This document shows, piece after piece, positions 59,601 through 64,000 of a stretch of 64,000 nt of DNA (positions within the stretch are counted from its first letter, which is position 1; each line of letters begins with the position of its first letter). This DNA comes from Thermoplasmatota archaeon (GTDB lineage Archaea; Thermoplasmatota; SW-10-69-26; JACQPN01; JAJPHT01), in contig DATLCC010000065.1 of the NCBI GenBank assembly GCA_035526585.1, forward strand, positions 11,581-75,580. Direction: 5' to 3'. The translations under genes were made by a program, and so were the position numbers. The notes under the pieces are model-generated. The model saw only the letters and a list, made by a program, of their open reading frames with translations, did no database searches and had not been told where the DNA came from.

Positions 59601-61464
59601 CGCGCAGGAGGAGCTCCTCGCCGAGGGCGGCGACTCGCTGAGCCTCAGCTTCCCCGACGACGGAACGTATCTCGTCGTCGCGCGCGCGACCGACAACGAG
59701 GGCGCGGAGAGCCTCAGCTCGATGCGCATCTGGGTCCTCAACCTACGCCCCGTCGCAGCCCTCACGGCCGCGCCGACTCTCGTGGGCACGGGCCAGGACG
59801 TGACGCTCGACGCGAGCGGCAGCAGCGACCCCGACGGCGCGATCGCCGAATACCGCTTCGATCCCGGCGACGGAACGGGCGTCTCGATCTGGAGCCAGCC
59901 CGTCGTCGCCCACACGTACGCGATCGCCGGCACGTTCCTCGCGACCGTGACCGTCGTCGACGACGACGGCAGCGACGCGACGAGCGACGCGGTCCAGATC
60001 GTCGTGAACGCGGCGCCCATCCTCGACGCGATCGGCAACAAGATCGTCGGCGAGGCCGAGGCGCTCGGCTTCACGGTGACGGCGAGCGACGCGGAGGGCG
60101 ACCCGCTGACCTTCAGCGCAGACGCGCTCCCCGCCGGCGCGACCTTCGACACCGCGACCGGAGAGTTCGCCTGGACGCCCGACTTCGGCACCGAGGGCAA
60201 CTACGTCGTCACCTTCGGCGTCACCGACGGTCTCAGCAGCGACAGCGAGCCGATCTACATCAGCGTCGGCAACGTGGACCGCCCGCCGGTCCTCGCGGGC
60301 GTGGGCGACAAGCTCGGAGCCGAGAACGCGCTCCTGACGTTCGCCCTCGCGGCGACGGACCCGGACGCCGCGGACACGCTGCGCTACACGGCGACGGGCC
60401 TGCCGCAGGGCGCGTCGCTGGGCGAGCTCACCGGCGTCTTCAGCTGGACGCCCAGCTACACGCAGGCGAACGACTACACGGTGACGTTCACCGTGAGCGA
60501 CGGCGAGATCACGGACAGCGAGACGGTCACGCTCGCGATCGCGAACGTCGACCGCGCGCCGGTCCTCCAGGCGATCGGCGCGACGAGCGTCAAGCAGCTC
60601 GCGACGGTCTCGATCCCGCTCACGGCGACGGACGCGGATGGCGACGCCATCACGTTCACGGCCGAGGGCGCGCCGGGCCTCAGCGTCGAGGACCGCGGCG
60701 CCGGGCATGGCGTGCTGCACTTCACGCCGCCGCTCGTGACGCCAGGCCCGTACGTCATCACGGTGTACGCGCTCTCGGGCGAGTCGTTCGCCGCGCAGTC
60801 CACGGTGATCACCGTCCTCTTCAAGACGGACTTCACCGTGAGCGGCGTGGGCACGACCTTCCTCAGCGCCTCGCCGGGCGAGACCGTCTCGCTGCACGCG
60901 CGCATCGCGAACACGGGCCCGCAGACGGACACGTTCGCGCTCGACCTCGGGCTCACGAGCTCGCTGTGGAAGCACACGGACCTGCCGCCCACGATCACGC
61001 TCGAGCCTGGCCAGGTGGCGGACCTCGACGTGGACGTCTCCGTGCCGCCCACGCAGCCCGTGACGTTCACGACCATCACCGCGACCTCGCTTGGCGACGG
61101 CACGACGGCGCGCACGCTGCGCTTCCGCATCGACGTCCCCGTCATCGTGACGCTCGCCGAGATGGGCCACCTGTCGAACGCGGTGGACGTCCCCCGCGGC
61201 GTCGTGCGCGTCACGCACCTCGACGGCACGCCCGCCGTCGCCGCGCTCGTCACGGTGTCCCAGATGCCTCCCGCGCTGGGCGGCAGCTTCCGCACGAGCG
61301 CGACGGGCTCGACGAACAGCTCCGGCGACTTCGCCTTCGACCTCTCGCAGGACCCGAGGGCGATGACGCCGGGCGAGCACCAGCTCGTCATCACGGCGAA
61401 GAAGGTCGGCGGCCTCGAGACGACGCTTGTCACCCGCTACTTCGTCGGGCGCGCGCCCATCTGA
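50695..61464 (+). CDS. giant secreted multidomain protein (about 3589 aa): BNR propeller, PKD, subtilisin S8, cadherin-like, CARDB and carboxypeptidase-regulatory-like domains
   Basis: GTG start with GGAGG 10 nt upstream. Possible RR (SARRFAS) signal. S8 triad contexts ALIDTGTNPYH, DAHGSWTSSNVGG, GTSFSSPSAAG at about nt 55000-55900. PKD signatures INWGDGSTQ, WAFGDA. Three tandem cadherin-like repeats of about 95 aa at about nt 60000-60850. Confidence 0.75.
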   Translation: MSARRFASVVTLAMILPLALPLVPTALAVTASPPGPTLPGFAVFAAPSGAFHGGEPTVGINWQTDAMMYHSATTTYKVVANLAASPPTASWTDVSPPNSIENIDPMLFTDVGTGRTFAGGLDGECSIMSFTENDGADWTPVGNMCAGAIDHQSIGQGAWKEPRPIGATYDRATYYCAQGWVSFPQNACATSLDGGLTFLPPVMWDGNCFGLHGHVNVSTVTGTAFVPTRTCGGKAGMGWSDDNGATWHDKQIAPTNSPSNGFDPSIGVASGGRVWFAYESSSWLPYVAYSDDDGANFNILGTNIGADKGIQTATFMRAIAGDNDRIAVAYLGSTTDGNPFVANWPGVWDLYVSFSYDSGATWETVKVTSDPVQRGWMCSAGLSCNSGRNLLDFMGSTLDATGHVIVGFPDGCIGACASAFGTASQSTNNWPTIARQVTGKGLFAAYDPVSISLAPLTGTAGSPATLAGTATLSQPYSLVINWGDGSTQTVSSLTDAALSVAHTYLAAGTYTVTVDGTGASGDEASGSTSATISGGQGPGSSVLIDEPAAHETVGAAVHVVGRVVGDGSNLPPTAAFSFVVSGSSVAFDGTGSSDPESGALAYAWAFGDAATGAGATASHAYATPGTYDVCLTVADVGGLTDDACASVTIQGQASVDTIAEDAEGDEAANSLSGSNVPAMDILKLEITKNAAQEPVFILTLKDLQTDPPVTEAANGIYWAVDWRSPDNAHSYVQYSVTTTGAEPTVTCVYGIITVTQGQNIQENEGTTTCSTTLGPNGKLYLTYPSAGLEAHGFEADSTLGNVVGAAGTVLEVPEAASGFFAYDTTSAADHQLHAGVAPWQLIGSQPAHVAKAAPATPPANPQIVDKVSDPVGDNSPVGNIQSAWFDADPDNLYVGMKVADIPADSTATAFTYYSVNFQPAYEVDDPQWGATGTVTGLRVTALYSPVAFDSLPSVPHTEDATSFELQVLSINPTTGASNFGTLGVVTGTVDPNSDIIWWVVPRTLLQSPPGGALLDTTSAASAPAIAGAVTFGGALADTTGTGDAYSFPSVVVTPPTVTLSATPAAGAAPLSVTFAPTVTPASMATWNLDFGDGTPDATGTTSFPVLSHVYEGEGSYHAVLTVTAPNGGVGTGATDVTVGSTELPPVRVTVAAGNLPAVDAICVASCSDWSADLDLGSLPDGEVTLTATLLVNGNVVDTDATVVELATATSAITIDAPASGATIDVGTTLDVAGRIVGSTNLPPQASLAGDVGSGLAPLDVTFTLGGDDDSGIAGWRFSSGDGRIVDGTAILPLEIQHTYQTPGTYHPSFRVTDTNGVQATSTGQVVVQAENRLPTTPASPVPADAAANVPVGATLSWVSTDPDATPLTADVYLDAVDGTTLVASDQTGAYMPVGLLPSTTYFWHVDVSDGIATVAGPTWSFTTAAPVLTEAQKPHVVVALIDTGTNPYHTQFTRAGLVEDPSTYITGLASSQLKEVDLCFYDAATKTVDRTRCPSGFTSAWQQDVANGRWAGFGVSPLSAIGAGQGKVAWFPGTNMMVVSFAHDPSVAPVGVDTGVGLPLDAGDAHGSWTSSNVGGLTTGTCPECIVVMIEADSVDAISAGYRWAANQPWIDVITSSTSVGLVGAGWNPGDFFDTNSQAAKTTVTRGGLMFESSGNGVANAGVAPTSTYLYGNSNPWTIAVGCSADGTGQPCGYSDFPNPITASGDARMSASPASMSGTEPVGGTSFSSPSAAGVTARALYGIRAAVGDTGEGAKATATHSLVRIPSGYTLPARGPLANGELTRLELEEALFKTARRGIVPKVPTYLTPNSEIPQSPVSFVKEGYGDVYRGDWGVGHASAEATWASTGDIVSHILTPPATGAVWPNRFIEETWWETVVEPTQIALFGGDVPDTDGNDGFPMNAAGAQGGLQGYAGPAFGVSAHVPAITDANADVPVGVVPSASANRIYLHHANLGPDPADPVNDLIEFYMNTIVDPAGGTDCSGTEGCADQSGLGGTGGGTAAATQVYELSYPRLDGISLLDRSKDALVHIDATGFAGAPASPLTLHVALKTGESLVLAGDVTRSGTGTYELRGKPLVDSVSDPVTLTIGWDGPVYSFHVNSQGASYLDLPIQATLPPTDAVPVKYYVDDISTFTTNGGSVFLTRDATKVAGDADKVTFFPFPQVGGVKLNLASDDALAASQGVLADAGEAHIYICTSSTSQGGSPRVPPGGAAQYTAALALTIGNIPVGGGSVTTTIGGTDSSTNFIPLTIPLTLHTALFPADAPVTGTLTLNGPGGVFTENMGVCGGGGAHPWSIEFAYHELAAPTATIDAPGGALKGIATLTGTASFPAAPAAADVKWFAQDFDGWDTQVDSFTMDTGGPGAASGGPLFEPTPGGYVLTFKSARPVAQDAPRLSSAGVASAHFWVLGVPAAPDVTVDFSILLENAQGGQRLLGSGSETKHVMSELGAVAPFAESEYVVSFTPAILEPAADERLVMIVRVHHATIDATTTGVSSFGGDEAEPIYVSLPKDVSAAPTAQAIDLVIGPLAKTVPVTNGAWSTTIDTAQLANGQHAARATPHADYAGVVRSGIAALRGVTVSNTQGTLNTPPVADLTIPGASGAAPLRVVAQIAGSDAQTPAGQLAWRLDWGDGSAPASGTGVPATAVHTYGVANAVARLTVTDLGGEIGSDTAPVSAFEAPPVRRVLVSLGDGDLIDAVDEAGDGSFSTWSASVPANVAGDLELVAQELRGSDVRSTMTIPLHVIVPELPDVRILSPADGAVVAPGTLLSGTVSYETGPVESVVVYTATGPGVLATSGDGFATWSANVDDLGLTEDWPSYVHAVATSATGNGEAAVSLTLNAAPNAEIRAPFAPLAMSDASFEAVYVPSATEAPVASYAWSFGDGGTSTDANPTHVFAHSGTYELLLTVTDTNGASGSAASFVYVLNNAPIVTLDVDVAEPTVQDTVTFTSTADDIDGTIESLRISVYDAQEELLAEGGDSLSLSFPDDGTYLVVARATDNEGAESLSSMRIWVLNLRPVAALTAAPTLVGTGQDVTLDASGSSDPDGAIAEYRFDPGDGTGVSIWSQPVVAHTYAIAGTFLATVTVVDDDGSDATSDAVQIVVNAAPILDAIGNKIVGEAEALGFTVTASDAEGDPLTFSADALPAGATFDTATGEFAWTPDFGTEGNYVVTFGVTDGLSSDSEPIYISVGNVDRPPVLAGVGDKLGAENALLTFALAATDPDAADTLRYTATGLPQGASLGELTGVFSWTPSYTQANDYTVTFTVSDGEITDSETVTLAIANVDRAPVLQAIGATSVKQLATVSIPLTATDADGDAITFTAEGAPGLSVEDRGAGHGVLHFTPPLVTPGPYVITVYALSGESFAAQSTVITVLFKTDFTVSGVGTTFLSASPGETVSLHARIANTGPQTDTFALDLGLTSSLWKHTDLPPTITLEPGQVADLDVDVSVPPTQPVTFTTITATSLGDGTTARTLRFRIDVPVIVTLAEMGHLSNAVDVPRGVVRVTHLDGTPAVAALVTVSQMPPALGGSFRTSATGSTNSSGDFAFDLSQDPRAMTPGEHQLVITAKKVGGLETTLVTRYFVGRAPI
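60000..60850 (+). repeat. three tandem cadherin-like domain repeats of about 285 nt within the giant gene
   Basis: Protein-level repeat ...FTVTASDAEGDPLTFSA.../...FALAATDPDAADTLRYTA.../...IPLTATDADGDAITFTA... Confidence 0.5.
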
Positions 61465-61508
61465 CGCGGGCAGAAGGGCTAAGCCGGGGGTCCCGACATG
61501 GGACCCCC

Positions 61509-62246
61509 GTGCTCGGGGAACAAGGCGAGCCGCCGAAGCGGCTCGCCGGCGTCGACGAAGCCGGCCGCGGGCCCGTCCTGGGACCGCTCGTCGTCGCCGC
61601 CGTCCTCGTGGAGAACGAGCGCAAGCTCAAGCGGCTCGGCGTCAAGGACAGCAAGCTCCTCTCCGCGAAGAGGCGCGAGGAGCTCGAACCCGAGATCCGC
61701 AAGCTCGCCACGCAGGTCGAGGTCCGCGTCATCCCGCCCGAGGAGCTCAACGCGCGCATGCCAGGCCAGAACCTCAACGAGATCGAGGTCGAGGCCTTCG
61801 CCGAGCTCCTCGAGCGCCTCGCGCCCACCGTCGCCTACGTCGACGCATGCGACGTCGTCGCGGAGCGCTTCGGCCGCAACGTCGCCGCGCGCGTGACGCA
61901 CGTGTGCGCGATCCACGCCGAGCACGAGGCCGACGCCCGCCATCCGATCGTCGCGGCCGCGAGCATCGTCGCGAAGGTCGAGCGCGACCGGCGCATCGCA
62001 GAGCTTCAGAACGCGCACGGCGAGCTGGGGAGCGGCTACTCGCACGACGTCGTGACACAACGATGGCTCGCCGACTACGTCAAGGCGAACCGGCGCCTGC
62101 CCCCCTTCGCGCGCCGCGAGTGGGAGACCTCGCGCCGCCTCATGCAGCGCGACCTCACCGAATTCCTCGGGCCCGCCCCACCCCCGGCGCCCCCGGCCCA
62201 GGCCGCAAAGCCTAAGAAAGCCGCCGCCGGCTCCCGACGCAAGTGA
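61509..62246 (+). CDS. rnhB: ribonuclease HII with low-complexity basic C-terminal tail
   Basis: LAGVDEAGRGPVLGPLVVAAV. GTG start. The preceding part of the 971-aa ORF is antisense to the giant gene. Confidence 0.8.
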   Translation: MLGEQGEPPKRLAGVDEAGRGPVLGPLVVAAVLVENERKLKRLGVKDSKLLSAKRREELEPEIRKLATQVEVRVIPPEELNARMPGQNLNEIEVEAFAELLERLAPTVAYVDACDVVAERFGRNVAARVTHVCAIHAEHEADARHPIVAAASIVAKVERDRRIAELQNAHGELGSGYSHDVVTQRWLADYVKANRRLPPFARREWETSRRLMQRDLTEFLGPAPPPAPPAQAAKPKKAAAGSRRK

Positions 62247-62593
62247 CCAAGTACCACACCGTGGAGGAATGCCTGAAGCGCATGGAGGAAGGCTTCTGGC
62301 GACGCTACCACGCCAACGCGGACCTCCGCGACAAGCTCGCCGGGAAAACGCGCGTCATCCAGCTCGCCCTCACCGACGGCCACGGCTACTGGTTCCACAT
62401 CGTCGACGGCCAGCTCGCCGCCATCCAGCACGGCACGCACGCCTCCCCCGACGCCATCGTGACCGTCTCCAAGCACGACCTCCTGGCCGTCTTCAACGGC
62501 GAGCTGAAAGCCATGCAGGCCTACCTCACGGGGCGAGTGCGCGTGAAGGCGAGCTTCGGCGACATGCTCTTCGCCAAGTCGCTCATCGGCTAG
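62243..62593 (+). CDS. SCP2 sterol-carrier-like domain protein
   Basis: AYLTGRVRVKASFGDMLFAKSL. GTG start overlaps the rnhB stop (GTGA). Confidence 0.6.
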   Translation: MTKYHTVEECLKRMEEGFWRRYHANADLRDKLAGKTRVIQLALTDGHGYWFHIVDGQLAAIQHGTHASPDAIVTVSKHDLLAVFNGELKAMQAYLTGRVRVKASFGDMLFAKSLIG

Positions 62594-62790
62594 CCGATGT
62601 CATCCAACGCACCCGCCAAGAGCGACTCCTCGTTCGACAACGCGCACGCCAACACGATGCTGAAAAGCTCCCACTGGGTGACGCTTCGACCATACCTCAC
62701 CCGGAACCAAGCCTTCAACGCATCCATGACGTCCTTGTCATCGGGACGCAACGCATACCCCGACACCTTCTGCACAACAGGCCCGTCCAT
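62590..62790 (-). CDS. small hypothetical protein (about 66 aa)
   Basis: MDGPVVQKVSGYALRPDDKDVMDALKAWFRVRYGRSVTQWE. Weak. Confidence 0.25.
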   Translation of the reverse strand: MDGPVVQKVSGYALRPDDKDVMDALKAWFRVRYGRSVTQWELFSIVLACALSNEESLLAGALDDIG

Positions 62791-63119
62791 CACCGGCTCG
62801 ACCTGCAGATGGCCACCCCGCGTCCCGGGCTTGGGCCAGCCGGTCGCGGTCGTCGGGTCGAAAGCCCGCGGCGAGATCGAAGTCGGGGATCGGCGAGAGG
62901 ACATGCAAGGACCGAGATGACCGGGTAGGCCAAGGCCATTGTCCCCGCCTGGCTGCACGAGCAGGCTGGGCCGATGCCACCGGTCATGAACATTGTCCCC
63001 GCCGGGTCGCCTAAGCGCTCGCGCGTACTCTGCATGGCCAGCCTGGCTGGCCTAAGTGGCCTGATCAGACCAAGCCGCCTAAGCGGCCTGCGTTGGCGGC
63101 TCCGACACGTCCCCCCGGC

Positions 63120-63995
63120 TCACCCGATCGTCCCGGACCCCACGATCCGCTGGGCCGCGTTGTCCAGGTTGACGAGCACGGCGCGGTCGCCGGGGTCGTA
63201 CGCGAGCGGCTTGGAGAGCTCGAAGCTCACGGCGCCGTCCTTGCCTGCGGCGAGGTCGCTCTTGGCGCGGCAGGAGATGACTTGCCAGCCGTGCGCGAGG
63301 TGGTAGATGCCGTCCGCCTTGATGCCGGGGCGGAAGAAGGGGCTGACGCTCGTCTTCAGGGTGATGATGGCGTTCGCGTCGGCGACGCTCACGGTGCCTT
63401 CGGGGGCGAGGACGAAGCCGCGGTCGAGGTCGTCGTTCTCGATGTTCTTGAGCGCGAGGCCGACGTGGTCGCCGGTGTGGGCTTCGTTCACGTCGGTGTC
63501 GTGGACCTGGATGCTGCGGACGACGGCGCCTTTGGCGCTCGGGTAGGCGCGTAGGGCGTCGTGCTTCTTGATGGTGCCTTGTTTCACGAATCCGAGGATC
63601 ACGGTGCCGACGCCTTTGACGTTGAAGTGGTGGTCGATCGGGATGCGGACGGGGCCTTGGCGCGGTGCGCTGGCGAGGGCGACGAGTTTTTGGCGGATGC
63701 TCGCGGGCTTGTCGTCGGTCGTGATCTCCATGCCTGCGAGCGTCGTGCCTTTGAGGAGCGGCGCGATCTGCTCGGGCTGGACGTAGTTCTGGAGGACGAT
63801 GAGTCCGCGTGTGTGGCCTGCGGCCGCGGCGGCGACGATGCTTTCGCCCAGGTCGCGGTTCACGGCGTTCACGACGATGAGGAGCGCGTCGGCGGCGTTG
63901 ACGGCGTAGCAGAGGGCGTGGACCTTCTCGGGGTAGCGGAAGGGGACGACCATCGAGACGTGCGTGTCGCCCTCCTTGAAGGTGATGAGCTGCAC
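63120..63995 (-). CDS. EF-Tu-like protein with beta-barrel domains II/III and a degenerate GTPase domain, possibly 5'-truncated by the window edge
   Basis: EF-Tu domain-2-like DHHFNVKGVGTVILGFVKQGTIKKHDAL ... HTGDHVGLALKNIENDDLDRGFVL. No P-loop (GxxxxGKS/T) seen in the available N-terminus. Confidence 0.5.
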   Translation of the reverse strand: MQLITFKEGDTHVSMVVPFRYPEKVHALCYAVNAADALLIVVNAVNRDLGESIVAAAAAGHTRGLIVLQNYVQPEQIAPLLKGTTLAGMEITTDDKPASIRQKLVALASAPRQGPVRIPIDHHFNVKGVGTVILGFVKQGTIKKHDALRAYPSAKGAVVRSIQVHDTDVNEAHTGDHVGLALKNIENDDLDRGFVLAPEGTVSVADANAIITLKTSVSPFFRPGIKADGIYHLAHGWQVISCRAKSDLAAGKDGAVSFELSKPLAYDPGDRAVLVNLDNAAQRIVGSGTIG

Positions 63996-64000
63996 GTCGC

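Noticed and set aside
59331-62246. 971-aa + ORF ending in RNase HII
   Set aside because: Only the last 245 aa (RNase HII, GTG start at 61509) is genuine. Upstream is an off-frame read through the giant gene.

Overview
Interpretation: this 64 kb window is very GC-rich (roughly 68-70% by eye), densely coding on both strands, and looks archaeal. I infer that from a Trm1 tRNA-G26 dimethyltransferase, a THEP1/Mj1559-type NTPase, a PRC-barrel protein, two TrmB-family regulators, an Lrp/AsnC regulator, an archaeosortase-like protein next to archaetidylserine synthase and decarboxylase genes, and AT-rich TATA-like boxes about 25-45 nt upstream of several start codons. Proteins are not hyper-acidic, so it is probably not a haloarchaeon. 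Lineage is uncertain. Much of the six-frame ORF track is long antisense or Arg/Pro/Ala-rich artefactual ORFs typical of high-GC DNA, and I rejected those.

Main content, left to right:
- Housekeeping genes: Sua5/TsaC, an FKBP-type PPIase, a suf cluster in the order sufD-sufS-sufU-sufC on the minus strand with no sufB, a CorA-like transporter, a second SufS/CsdA-like cysteine desulfurase, Trm1, CutA, an aldehyde dehydrogenase and RNase HII.
- A UbiX prenyl-FMN synthase and, 11 kb away, a UbiD-family decarboxylase.
- A tandem array of small ribbon-helix-helix paralogs, one of them truncated.
- An artA-psd-pssA lipid-anchoring cluster, directly upstream of three tandem secreted BNR/sialidase-like propeller paralogs of 416, 1093 and about 3589 aa. 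The largest carries PKD, an internal subtilisin S8 domain, cadherin-like and CARDB domains.

Non-coding structure worth a second look:
- A G14 homopolymer at the 3' end of sufU.
- Related dyad motifs of the form G-T/G-N-ACC ... GGT-N-AC upstream of the surface-protein genes and the RHH array.
- Long purine/pyrimidine-asymmetric imperfect palindromes built from CCTCG/CGAGG units.
- A roughly 500 bp gene-free, lower-GC region carrying repeated CGATGGTTCGGC 12-mers.

No CRISPR array, rRNA or convincing tRNA was found by eye.
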